DNA from: Massalongia carnosa
Taxonomy: Eukaryota
Direction of reading: 5' to 3'
NCBI GenBank assembly: GCA_965645245.1
Contig: OZ287076.1
Span: 2,046,001-2,110,000, forward strand
DNA: 64,000 nucleotides
This document shows, piece after piece, positions 48,650 to 60,575 of this stretch. The position numbers and the translations under genes are program-made. Each line of letters begins with the position of its first letter. The first letter of the stretch is position 1. A model generated the notes under the pieces. That model had not been told where the DNA came from. It did not search any database and was given only the letters and a program-made list of their open reading frames with translations.

Positions 48650-51600
48650 TTGAGTGAAAAAATCTCTGGATCGGGGTCCTATAGCGCTATTGATAGGATC
48701 CCTAAGCAAGTGGACCACGAGGGTTATCCAGCATGGAAGCGAGCCATGCGAGATTGCCTCAAAATGATAGATCTTTGGATCTATTGTGATAACACCGAAG
48801 CTGCACCACGCCCAAACGCTCCCAATGATGGCTTCAACAAATGGAAAAAGGGCCAAGATAAGGCCTGCACTGCTCTACGATTAGCTTGTGAAGGAAATGC
48901 CTACACCGATATAGAAGACCATACTACTGCTTCCGTCGCCTGGGACCTGCTTGAGTCAAACTATAAGCCTCGCGGTTCGGGATTCCTCAATGACACCTTT
49001 AGAAAATTAGACAACCTTATCCTATCGGATTGCAGCAGCCCTGCAGACTACGTTACCCAATTTCGCGCCACGGTGAATAAGCTTCGCACCTTCTCAAGCA
49101 AGCTAAGCCTGGACGAAAACTGGCTTATCTATCGCTTCCATACCAATTTAGGCTTCGAATACAACAGCTATTTCGAACGATACGCTCAGGATCATGATCC
49201 TTTCAATGAAATGGGTGAACCCAAGCACACGTTAAGTCAGGCTATGCAGCATTTCCAAAACACGGTGACCAACCCAAGCAAGTCCAGCGATAAGGCCGTA
49301 ATCGCAATGGCAGCTGTTTCAAACGCTCAAACCCAAGCAGGAGCTCAACCCGGAACAGCCCATTCTCGAATCATCACCAAGACCATCAAGTTCTGCAACC
49401 ACTGCCGAAAAGACTATCACGTAGAGAGCGAGTGTCGTGAAAAATATCCACACCTCGTTAACCAAGACTCACAGCGTAAGTCCAATAAGCGTCGTAGGAA
49501 TTCCAAAAGTCAAGGTCAAAGCCAAAAGCCAACCGGAAACAATGACTCAACCAAAGGAGCCTTCTGCGCCTACATGGCCACCGCAGATATAACCAAAATA
49601 TCTAAGCTCTGGATCTGTGACTCTGGAACTAGCCAACATATTACCCACGATCGCTCCATCTTCACCTCATTCAAGACATCCGATTGCCCTCCAATTCAAG
49701 GTATTGGAGGAGTATTAATTCCCAAAGGAATAGGTAACGTCATGTTGCGGTGTGCCGGTAACGAGGGTCTTCGGGAGTTCCCTCTTTTCGATGTGTTATA
49801 CGTTCCGGACGGAGGCCTAAATCTCATCTCCCAAGGACAATTACAACGAGATGGATGTCCCCTGAAGATTGTACCAGAGGGAATTGAAATCGGGAACTAT
49901 GGTATTATCGCTCGCCGCCAGGACAACAATCTGTATATCCTGAATATGTGGAACGTCTCTGAAGCCGCTCTCGCTCTTGCTGCAATTAATAGCGAGGCGA
50001 TAAAAATGTGGCACGCTCGTTTAGGCCATCTTGGAAATCAAAACATTCTCAAGCTCGCTGGCATGTCAAAAGGAATGGACCTCACCAAGCCCCCGCCCCA
50101 AGACGCCTGTCCTCCGTGCGCCATCGCTCAGTCCCAAGTAGAACCACACCGGGCCCCCATCCAACCAGGCAAGCACCCGCTGGACTTAATTCACAGTGAT
50201 GTCCAAGGACCTTTCCCAGAAGCCTTGAACGGCGCCAAATATATGGTGACCTTTCTTTGCGATTTCGATAAACGGTCCCACGTCACCTTACTGCGCGTCA
50301 AAAGCGGAGTCCTTCAAGCTTTTAAAAACTACAAGAAGCAAAATGAATATGGGGACAAACGAATTAAGCGCTTGCGATCGGACTGTGGGGGTGAGTATGA
50401 CTCCAAGGACTTCGAGAATTTCAGAAACGAGCATGGCATTCAGTGGGAACCTACCGTACCGGGAAATCCACCCATGAACGGGACAGCCGAGCGCCTAGGT
50501 CAAACGCTTCACAAGTTAGCCAGCACCATGCGAGAAGGCGCTAAACTAGACATCAAATATTGGGCTGAGATGGTTCTCACTGCCAACTACCTAAGAAATC
50601 GACAACCAACTGCGGGACGCTCCATCACCCCCTACGAGTCTCACACCGGCAGCCCACCAGAACTAGGACATCTAAGGATAATAGGACAGACTGGCTATGC
50701 GCAAAATCGCAAGCCCTCCACCGGATGGAAGAAATTTCAGGAACGAGCCACCAAATGTACTTTAGTAGGATACGAAGGCGATCACATCTATCGAATGATA
50801 AATCCACGGGGCGCGGTCATGCGTTATTCCAATGTTCAGTGGATAGATAACAACCCCCCAACTCCTCCTTCCTTATCATTCTCTCAAACTAAAAGAGCCC
50901 TACATGTTGGACAGTCAGGACCGCCCACAAGAAAGCAAAAAATTACCCATCATACGGACTCCCCTCATACGGACTTAGTCGACGCTCATGAATCCATAGA
51001 ATCAATTCCCACTGGACCTCTCCCATCAAACGCTGGAAAAGAGGCATTGGCAAACCAACTGCCCATTGAGCCTTGGTCCCAGGCAGATATTCTCTCTAAG
51101 CATCCAAAACTTCGTGCCCCCTCGCCTGACCCGCTTGCTCTTTTGGCTCTTCTTGCTCGAGCCAATGACCCGGAGCCATACGAGCCTAAAACCTATAAAC
51201 AGGCCGTAGATAGTCGGGAGGAAAAGGATTGGCGAAGGGCAATGCAGGAAGAAATTGACTCTATCAACGAAAATGATACCTGGATCCTCACCTCCCTGCC
51301 CCCGGACCGCAAAGCCCTGCGAGGCAAATGGGGTTATAAAATCAAACGAGGCCCGGCTGGCGAGATTCTTCGTTACAAGGCTCGATGGGTAGTCAGAGGC
51401 TTTGAGCAACGTGAAGGCATTGACTACAATGAGACTTTTGCTTCAGTAGTGAAGCCAATGAGCTATAAAGCCATCTTCGCTATCGCTGCAGCCAATGATT
51501 GGGAAATCCACCAAATGGACGTAAAAACAGCCTTCTTGTACGGAAGGGTGGACGAGGAAATCTACGTGGAGCAACCAACCGGTCTGGATGACGGGTCAAC

Positions 51601-52774
51601 GAGAGTTTGCAAGTTGAAGAAAGCTCTTTATGGCCTGAAACAGTCGTCTAGAATCTGGTATGAAACGATCACTACTTTTTTCAAGTCTCATGAATTCGTT
51701 CCAGTCAACGCCGACCTTAGCGTTTTCGTTAAAGAAGGGGTTATCGTAGCCATTTACGTCGATGATTTAATCATCACTGGCTCTTCTTCTTCCGAGATAC
51801 AACGTGTCAAGAAACTGCTGAGTGACGAGTTCTCGATGGTTGATTTAGGCCCTATCAATTACTACCTGGGCATGACGATAACTCGGGATCGGGCTAATAG
51901 GATTCTTCGCCTTGGTCAGCAGGCCTATCTGGAAAAAGTACTACGCGACCATGGCATGTGGGACACTAACCCCGTGGCTACCCCGATGGATGGGCGACTG
52001 GAGGCTGCACCAGAGGGCCATCAGGCCACAGATGACTCTCGCCTCCGCTACCAATCAGCGGTGGGCTCTCTCATGTATGCTATGCTAGGCACTAGGCCTG
52101 ACTTAGCCTACGCCGTATCGGTGGTCAGCCGCTATGCCTCGAACCCGACCGATACGCACTGGAAGGCAGTCAAACGCATCTTTCGATACATCAAGGGCAC
52201 TCTACCGTTGCAGTTAACATACAAAGGTCACTTACAACCCTTGAACGGTTACACTGACGCGGATTGGGCCGGAGATCATCATACCCGAAGGTCTACCTCA
52301 GGCTTCGTGTTTAATGTGGGTAGTGGCGCTATTAGCTGGTCTTCCAAACGACAACCGACCGTAGCCCTATCTTCATGCGAAGCCGAGTACATGGGTCAGA
52401 CTCAAGCCACCAAGGAAGCCGTCTGGCTGTCTAGTCTTCTCGACCAACTTTCAGCACCTCAAGTCCCTGGGATACACTCTCTCCAAACCCAGAGCACCTC
52501 TGTAGCCCTTGCCTGCTTGCCTACATCTTTCGCCCTAAATGCTATCATCATTCACTGCGACAATCAAGGAGCAATAGCTTTGGCCAAAAATCCCCAGGCA
52601 CACGCGCGGAGCAAGCATATTGACATCCAATGGCACTACCAAAGAGAGAAGATCGAAGACAAATCAGTGGAATTTCGCTATGTTCCTACCGAAGAACAGG
52701 TAGCTGACGGCCTAACCAAGGCCCTACCAAAGGACAAATTTGTTGTCTTTCGAAAAGCTTTAGGCTTAGAATAA
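48650..52774 (+). CDS. gag-pol: Copia E2 Gag-Pol polyprotein (1374 aa); first codon is TTG where E1 has ATG
   Basis: CNHCRKDYHVESEC, WICDSGTSQH, WHARLGH, IHSDVQG, LRSDCGGEY, NGTAER, QMDVKTAFL, YVDDLII, YTDADW, SSCEAEY and ADGLTKAL lie in one frame. Confidence 0.95.
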   Translation: MSEKISGSGSYSAIDRIPKQVDHEGYPAWKRAMRDCLKMIDLWIYCDNTEAAPRPNAPNDGFNKWKKGQDKACTALRLACEGNAYTDIEDHTTASVAWDLLESNYKPRGSGFLNDTFRKLDNLILSDCSSPADYVTQFRATVNKLRTFSSKLSLDENWLIYRFHTNLGFEYNSYFERYAQDHDPFNEMGEPKHTLSQAMQHFQNTVTNPSKSSDKAVIAMAAVSNAQTQAGAQPGTAHSRIITKTIKFCNHCRKDYHVESECREKYPHLVNQDSQRKSNKRRRNSKSQGQSQKPTGNNDSTKGAFCAYMATADITKISKLWICDSGTSQHITHDRSIFTSFKTSDCPPIQGIGGVLIPKGIGNVMLRCAGNEGLREFPLFDVLYVPDGGLNLISQGQLQRDGCPLKIVPEGIEIGNYGIIARRQDNNLYILNMWNVSEAALALAAINSEAIKMWHARLGHLGNQNILKLAGMSKGMDLTKPPPQDACPPCAIAQSQVEPHRAPIQPGKHPLDLIHSDVQGPFPEALNGAKYMVTFLCDFDKRSHVTLLRVKSGVLQAFKNYKKQNEYGDKRIKRLRSDCGGEYDSKDFENFRNEHGIQWEPTVPGNPPMNGTAERLGQTLHKLASTMREGAKLDIKYWAEMVLTANYLRNRQPTAGRSITPYESHTGSPPELGHLRIIGQTGYAQNRKPSTGWKKFQERATKCTLVGYEGDHIYRMINPRGAVMRYSNVQWIDNNPPTPPSLSFSQTKRALHVGQSGPPTRKQKITHHTDSPHTDLVDAHESIESIPTGPLPSNAGKEALANQLPIEPWSQADILSKHPKLRAPSPDPLALLALLARANDPEPYEPKTYKQAVDSREEKDWRRAMQEEIDSINENDTWILTSLPPDRKALRGKWGYKIKRGPAGEILRYKARWVVRGFEQREGIDYNETFASVVKPMSYKAIFAIAAANDWEIHQMDVKTAFLYGRVDEEIYVEQPTGLDDGSTRVCKLKKALYGLKQSSRIWYETITTFFKSHEFVPVNADLSVFVKEGVIVAIYVDDLIITGSSSSEIQRVKKLLSDEFSMVDLGPINYYLGMTITRDRANRILRLGQQAYLEKVLRDHGMWDTNPVATPMDGRLEAAPEGHQATDDSRLRYQSAVGSLMYAMLGTRPDLAYAVSVVSRYASNPTDTHWKAVKRIFRYIKGTLPLQLTYKGHLQPLNGYTDADWAGDHHTRRSTSGFVFNVGSGAISWSSKRQPTVALSSCEAEYMGQTQATKEAVWLSSLLDQLSAPQVPGIHSLQTQSTSVALACLPTSFALNAIIIHCDNQGAIALAKNPQAHARSKHIDIQWHYQREKIEDKSVEFRYVPTEEQVADGLTKALPKDKFVVFRKALGLE

Positions 52775-53217
52775 ACCAGAAGCCCTTTGTCGTAAAAAAT
52801 TCGACCTTAACCCAAAAAAAAAAAAAAAAAAAAGTATCACCCACAGCTGAGCCTGTGGGGGTGTTTTCGTACATCGCCAGCAGCATTAGCCTGCGGAGTA
52901 CACTGACTCACCTGCAGGTGATCCACTGGGAAGCATGATATTATACTGGAGTATGTGGGAGTTATTGAATTTCTCTTTATCATGTGGGAGTGCTATTTCA
53001 GTGCCTGAGTGGGAGTGTTAGAATGTACAAATCAGGTTACTTCATTTCAGCCGCACTCACCTTCTACCGCACGAGTATGGCGCACGCTAATGGCTAGACG
53101 TATCGCTAGTCTAATACTAGCATACCCTACATTGTCTATAAATCTAGCTATTCCCACTATATAGAACAACAGCAAGCGTTCTATCCTCTATCTACTATAC
53201 TACCTTTTGATAGAAAG

Positions 53218-56200
53218 GTGAAGTAAAACTGCCAAAACTTACTAGCGACAACTACAGGCTGTGGTCCCACCTTTTGAAGGTGCACTTAATTGCCAAAGGG
53301 CTCTGGAAAGTAGTCAGTGGAGAGATACTCGAACCACCAGGAAGCATGCCTTTGGATAGAGACTCGTGGATCTTTGATGACGCCACAGCAATCACCATCC
53401 TCATGGGAGCCATGGATGAAAGGCAGCAGAAGCATGTGCAACTGCAGCAATCTGCCAAAGGGGTATGGGATGCCCAAAAGGAAATTCACAGCAAAGACTC
53501 CAGGACACGCTTGGTCCCCATGCTCCGCCGATTTCATACGTATAAGGCCAAGGCAGAGGAAGGAGTGGATGAGACTGCAGCAGAGCTAGAAGATATGAGG
53601 GATATCATCGCAAATATCAACCCAGAGGTGAAGCCATCCGATATCATGATGGCCCTAGTCCTAATGGATTCGGTGGATCACGAGCGGTATAATGCGGTGA
53701 AATTGCAATTAAACGACTTGGAAAACCTCACGTTTCGGAAGGTGATTGAAAAATATAAGGAAATCGAGCAGATGGCCAGAGATAACGCGGGGACCCCCTA
53801 TGAAATCGCTAATAAGGTCTCCGCCAAGCCCTATAAGTTTAAGGGGAAATGTTACCACTGCAAGAAACCTGGTCACGTGAAAACCAAGTGTTTTGAATGG
53901 CTTGCCAGTGACGAAGGCAAGGCCTACAATGAAGATACCGCCAGCACGGCCCAATCAAAGGGCAAGAAAGCCAAGGACGGAGGTAAGGGAGAGGAAAAGT
54001 TAAGGGATGGCAGACGTGGCAAGGGCCGAGGAGGTCACCTTGCACGCAAAGCATCCGGCACAAGGGACAGCGACAGTGAGGATAGCGACGACGAGTCAGT
54101 GTACGGTCGCATGGCCATTGACCACGTGGACCAGAGCGACCATGAGGATTATACCGACTACGTCAACAATGGGGCGCGCTATCGCACTTCCCAGAAGTGC
54201 TCCTCCCCTAAGAGTTTTGCTAGAGTGGCAAAACTCACTTCCAAAGTAATACCCCCGAATGAGTGGATTATTGACTCAGGGGCCAGTCGCCATATGACGG
54301 CCAATCGGAAGCTATTCACAAACTTTACACTGCAGGTAAGTTGGGTGACGATAGCTAATGGGGTAAAGATTAAATCACCTGGTAAAGGTGATGTGGCTGT
54401 GGAGCTGGAGGATAAGAAGTTCAAACTCACAGAAGTGTTATACGTACCTGAGCTGGATGCGAATTTGTTGTCAATTTCGGCAGTACAAGCTAGAGGAATG
54501 ATTGTGAGGTTTGGATTGAGTTGCGTCGAAATTTTGAGGAGAGGTACCTGCCTCGCCACCGGGTTTTTGGTGGGAAAAACGTACCTGCTCCGATCCGCAG
54601 GAAGCGGAGTGGCCCTGATAGCCACTGAGGATCCCGAGGAAGAAATCCCTATTACTTCTGATCCAAATATCAGCGAAAGATCGTCCGGAAATCAGAATTT
54701 GCCAAGAATGCCAGAAAATGCAAAAGACAACAAAAAAGCAATTAGCACTCGGTCCCAATTAGAAAGAGACCGATACCTACTATGGCATGGACGCATGGGG
54801 CACGTGGGAGCATACAGACTCACTGTCCTCCATGAAGCCACTAATGGAGTGGGAGCCAAGTTACATGACCATGAGAAGGAATGCAAATGCATCACATGTA
54901 CTCAGACGAAAATGACTCGAATAATCAACCGAAACCCACCAGAACGGGCTACCCGCTGTCTGGAACGAGTCTATTCAGACTTTTGGGGTCCATATCGGGT
55001 GCCCAATAACCAGGGGACCAAGTATTTTGTGTCCTTCACCGACGAAGCCACCGGCTACTCGGATGTTTACCTCGGGGCCAGGAGCGAGCTAGAAAAGCTC
55101 TTTCGGATGTTCAAAAATCGTGCCGAGATCGAGACAGGGGAGCGAATCAGGACCCTGCGATGTGATAACGCTTTGGAGTATGAAAACTGGCTAGAACGAT
55201 ATTGCCGGAAGGAATAGTGGTGGAGTTTACCACGGCCTATACCCCTGAGCAGAATGGGGTTGCAGAAAGACTCAATAGAACGCTGATGCAGATGGTATCA
55301 GCGATGCAGATGTGGTCTGGGTTGCCTAGGTCATTTGGGGGGACGCAGTACTGACTGCCAATTATCTGAAGAATCGGCTTCCGTCGAAGCGGTTTGATAT
55401 GAAGACCCCATATGAGATGTGGCACCAGAAGAAGCCAGAGGTAGGCCATATAAGGACCTATGGATGCCTCGTACACGTGCACGTTCCTAGCGAAACTCGT
55501 GCGAAAATGGATAAGATATCCCATCAGGGAATTCTCGTTGGATTCCGGTCATCAAGACAGTATAAGGTGCATAATCCTGATACGAAAACAGTGGGAGTAC
55601 ATACCTCAGTGAAGTTTTTCGAGGATTGGCCAGGAGGCCCTTTACTGAACGCACCAGTGGAACCGGGTGAGTGGGAGTTAGATGTTGCAGATTCGGACTA
55701 CGAACCGGATGAGGAACAAGGAGTTCCTACGCACAAACTTACCAACCCTGAGACAGCCTTAGAGTTTCAGGGAACATCAAACCTAGAAAATGACGACGCA
55801 ATAGTTCTAGGCGATAATGTTCCCGGAGAAAGTATTGAGGGTGCAGAGAATCCCTCACTGAATGAAGGCGATATTCCCGGAAATCGCGAAACTCCGGGAA
55901 ATCAAGAAGAAGGAAACGAGACCTCGGAAACTGAAATCCGAGCGCCAGAATTCGAAGGTCTGCCGACTACTGGACGAAATTCGCCAGAGCCAGCACAGAA
56001 TTCAAAAAGGGGGCAGAAAGCCACGCTCTCACCGAAAAATCAACAGCTTGTTTCAGCAGCATCTTCCCGGTCAAGACGCACGAAAAAGCCGTATGACTCC
56101 AAGGCATTTGATAAGTCAAAAGCACCAATGGCTATCGTTTATATAGCTCGATTGCCTGAACCGGCTACCTATAAGGAAGCCATGACTGGACCAAATCGCC

Positions 56201-57150
56201 GTGAATGGAGGGGGGCAACGGAAGAAGAGCTGGAAGCGCTGCGGTGGAAACGCACGTTTATTATCGTGCCAAGGCCGAAAAACTGTGAGCTAATAACTTC
56301 GAAATGGGTGTTCAAAATCAAATACACATCCGCCGCAGTTATTGAGCGGTTCAAGGCCAGACTTTGTGCTAGAGGTTTCAGTCAGAAATATGGCATTGCT
56401 TACGAAGAGACATTTGCACCCACCTTGAGGTTCGAATCTCTGAGAATGTTAATGGCAATTACTGCGTTACTGAACCTGGAAGCACATCAAATGGACGTTT
56501 CAAATGCCTATTTAGAAGGTGAGTTGGAAGAAGAAATCTACATGGAAATACCAGAGGGAATGGATGTTCCGAACGAAAAGAATAAGGCCCTTCTACTGCA
56601 AAAAGGCCTTTATGGTCTCAAGCAATCCGGCCGAATCTGGAGCAGAAAGTTCAGAAGGTATCTGAGATCCATTGGATTCGAACCAATCTCAGCCGACAAT
56701 TGTGTGTTCATAAACCTCCAAGCCGGCGTCATTATCTCAGTATACGTCGATGATCTTCTCATTTTTACCGCCAAAATATCCCGCATCAATGCAGTCAAGG
56801 CACAGCTAAAACGGGAGTCTAAGATGAAGGATTTGGGAGAGGTGGACCACATCTTGGGAATGCGAGTGCGGAGAAACCGAAAATCTAGAAATCTAGCACT
56901 AGATCAGTCAGTATACATCAACAACTTCGTTTCGAAATATGGGATGGAAAATGCACACCCAGTTTCAAGTCGATTGATGGATATGCAGCACTGACTGCCG
57001 CCACCCCCACGGAACCCAGGACCGACCAGCTGGAGTATCAGAAAAAGCTATGATCCCACTAACGAGATGGCAGCTGATATTCTGACAAAGCCTTTGACCA
57101 AGGCGGCTTTTGAACGCGGACGTGCTCTACTAGGTATGAAGGAGACCTAG
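53218..57150 (+). pseudogene. Copia F gag-pol remainder
   Basis: ORFs 53274-55217 (CCHC, WIIDSGASRHM, IN) and 55399-56994 (RT YVDD) are separated by frameshifts. The end is ...ADILTKPL...MKET*. Confidence 0.9.
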
Positions 57151-60036
57151 AGAGTTAGCGATAGTTTATCGCAACCACATCGGCCCACGAGGGCCCATGG
57201 CCTACCTGAGCATCGGGTTCAGATGGGCAAAACGCGGAGGATTTCTTTTAATCCGTTTTCGGGCATGCGAGGGTATGAAGCCATTCAGATACTCGGAGTG
57301 GGAGTATTGGAATTTGCCGAGATACCTGAATATTTGCGACCGAGGTTCTTTTGCCTCCTGCTTACTAATTTCCAGATTAGGCAATCATATGCTATATGCG
57401 AAAAGCTTCAGATTTCGGCACGACTTCGGCAACTACGAGGAGGCAAAGGTATGCAGCAAAAATGCTACATTTCGGAGGCAATTCAGCTGTTCATGATCAC
57501 TGAGTGTCTCGGTGTCTCCGGTCAGCAACGAGGTGTATTTTGCCCAGCTGAAAAGGTTCAAAGGAAGCAGGTTCATGCATTTGATATAGGCCGAGATGGA
57601 GGCCCTCAAGCAGTATAAAGAGACGATGATTCCTCATGTAATTTAGCTATTCAGTCGTTCAGAATTCAGTTCAGCAGATAGCTAAATTTGGAGTATCTTC
57701 ACTGGAAATACGGAGTACCTGCATCACGTTTGCCAAGCACTTCTCTTTGCCTATCCTTGATAGCCCTAGACCCTCTTCTCCTGCATCCCGCTGCCGTATG
57801 CCTGGTTGATTTTTTGTTCAACAAGCCCTACATGTTGGACAGTCAGGACCGCCCACAAAAAAGCAAAAAATTACCCATCATACGGACGCCCCTCATACGG
57901 ACTTAGTCGACGCTCATGAATCCATAGAATCAATTCCCACTTGACCTCTCCTATCAAACGCTGGACAAGAGGCATTGGCAAAGCAACGGCCCATTGAGCC
58001 TCGGTCCCAGGCAGATATTCTCTCTAAGCACCCAAAACTTCGTGCCCCCTCGCCTGACCCACTAGCTCTCTTGGCTCTTCTTGCTCGAGCCAATGACCCG
58101 GAGCCATACGAGCCTAAAACCTATAAACAGGCCGTAGACAGTCAGGAGGAAAGAATTGGCGAAGGGCAATGCAGGAAGAAATCGACTCTATCAACGAAAA
58201 TGATACCTGGATCCTCACCTCCCTGCCCCCGGACCGCAAAGCCCTGCGAGGCAAATGGGTTTATAAAATCAAACGAGGCCCGGCTGGCGAGATTCTTCGT
58301 TACAAGGCTCGATGGGTAGTCAGAGGCTTTGAGCAACGTGAAGGCATTGACTACAATGAGACTTTTGCTTCAGTAGTGAAGCCAATGAGCTATAAAGCCA
58401 TCTTCGCTATCGCTGCAGCCAATGACTGGGAAATTCACCAAATTGACATAAAAATAGCCTTCTTGTACAGAAGGGTGGACGAGGAAATCTACGTGGAGCA
58501 ACTAACCGGTCTGGATGACGGGTCAACGAGAGTTTGCAAGTTGAAGAAAGCTCTTTATGGCCTGAAACAGTCGTCTAGAATCTGGTATGAAACGATCACT
58601 ACTTTTTTCAAGTCTCATGAATTCGTTCCAGTCAACGCCGACCTTAGCGTTTTCGTTAAATAAGGGGTTATCGTAGCCATTTACGTCGATGATTTAATCA
58701 TCACTGGCCCTTCTTCTTCCGAGATACAACGTGTCAAGAAACTGCTGAGCGACGAGTTCTCGATGGTTGATTTAGGCCCTATCAATTATTACCTAGGCAT
58801 GACGATAACTCGGGATCGGGCTAATAGGATTCTTCGCCTTGGTCAGCTGGCCTATCTGGAAAAAGTACTACGGGACCATGGCATGTGGGACACTAACCCG
58901 TAGCTACCCCGATGGATGGGCGACTGGAGGCTGCACCAGAGGGCCATCAGGCCACAGATGACTCCCGCCTCCGCTACCAATCAGCGGTTGGCTCTCTCAT
59001 GTATGCTATGCTAGGCACCAGGCCTGACTTAGCCTACGCCGTATCGGTGGTCAGCCGCTATGCCTCGAACCCGACCGACACGCACTGGAAGGCAGTCAAA
59101 CGCATCTTTCGATACATCAAGGGCACTCTTCCGTTGCAGTTAACATACAAAGGTCACTTACAACCCTTGAACGGTTACACTGACGCGGATTGGGCCGGAG
59201 ATCATCATACCCGAAGGTCTACCTCTGGCTTCGTGTTTAATGTGGGTAGTGGCGCTATTAGCTGGTCTTCCAAACGACAACCGACCGTAGCCCTATCTTC
59301 ATGCGAAGCCGAGTACATGGGTCAGACTCAAGCCACCAAGGAATCCGTCTGGTTGTCTAGTTTTCTCGACCAACTTTCAGCACCTCAAGTCCCTGAGAAT
59401 CACTCTCTCCAAACCCAGAGCACCTCTGTAGCCCTTGCCTGCTTGCCTACATCTTTCGCCCTAAATGCTATCATCATTCACTACGAAAATCAAGGAGCAA
59501 TGGCTTTGGCCAAAAATCCCCAGGCACACGCGCAGAGCAAGCATATTGACATCCAATGGCACTACCAAAGAGAGAAGATCGAAGACGAATCAGTGGAATT
59601 TCGCTATGTTCCTACCGAAGAGCAGGTAGCTGACGGCCTAACCAAGGCCCTACCAAAGGACAAATTTGTTGTCTTTCGAAAGGCTTTAGGCTTAGAGTAA
59701 ACCAGAAGCCTTTTGTCGTAAAAAATCCGACCTTAACCCAAAAAAGAAAGTATCACCCACAGCTGAGCCTGTGGGGGTGTTTTCGTACATCGCTAGCAGC
59801 ATTAGCCTGCGGAGTACACTGACTCACCTGCAGGTGATCCACTGGGAAGCATGATATTATACTGGAGTATGTGGGAGTTATTGAATTTCTCTTTATCATG
59901 TGCGGGTGCTATTTCAGTGCCTGAGTGGGAGTGTTAGAATGTACAAATCAGGCTACTTCATTTCAGCCGCACTCTCCTTCTACCGCACGAGTATGGCGCA
60001 CACTAATGGCTAGACGTATCGCTAGTCTAATACTAG

Positions 60037-60575
60037 TTCGTGTCAATCTCGTTATATTGCTACTAAGTATGTTTGGGCTATTGCTCACAGCCCCCGGCCT
60101 CGAGAGGGGGACTCGATAAGGGCCTTGCTGTCTACTAATGTAAGACCCTCTCGCAGGCCTTGGGCTGTGAACAGACTCCCTCTATCTAAGCGACAGAAGA
60201 ACTGGAGTGGGTGGGTGGGAAAGAAAACGTTGCAAACAGTGCTATCAAAATGCTATGCTTTTTGATTGTCTTGAGATGTGAGATGATGAGGGATACCGTC
60301 TGGGACCTCCTCTTTATATATCTTCTTCCTATTCTCCTTGTCCTACTCTACCATCCCAGTATGCCCCATCAACGCGGCCCATAGCAAGGCATACACAAAT
60401 CCGAAACCTAACTGTCGTCCGAAGGATCGATGCGGTGCTAAGATCTCTATGCCGTGCTGAGACATCCTTATGGTGCTGAGACATCTATGCCGTCCGAGAG
60501 ATCCATGCGGTGCCGAAATCAAAGCGGGAGCTGTCTCGATTAACGACGCACTAGCTCTCAGCATAGCCGAACTAG
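60037..60575. repeat. About 540-bp LTR-like insertion or extra segment in the E1 3' LTR
   Basis: Absent from both E2 LTRs and bounded by ctagttcg...cgaactag. It contains TATATAAAG (minus strand) and degenerate 21-bp repeats at 60390-60515. No unambiguous TSD. Confidence 0.55.

Larger units (their letters stand above)
47258..53212 (+). mobile_element. Ty1/Copia element E2, full length, near intact
   Basis: 197-bp LTRs 47258-47454 and 53016-53212 (TG...TA, one mismatch), TSD gaaag (47253-57 and 53213-17), PBS 47455-66, PPT gagtgggag and a single long ORF. Confidence 0.98.
46443..57823 (+). mobile_element. Ty1/Copia element F, defective, with identical 519-bp LTRs, host to E2
   Basis: LTRs 46443-46961 and 57305-57823 (TA...CA), TSD agccc (46438-42 and 57824-28), PBS ggttatgagccc (46962-73). 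gag ATG at 47107 rejoins 53218 in frame (GAGVK|GEVKLPKL). pol is frameshifted and lacks most of RNase H near 57050. Confidence 0.96.
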
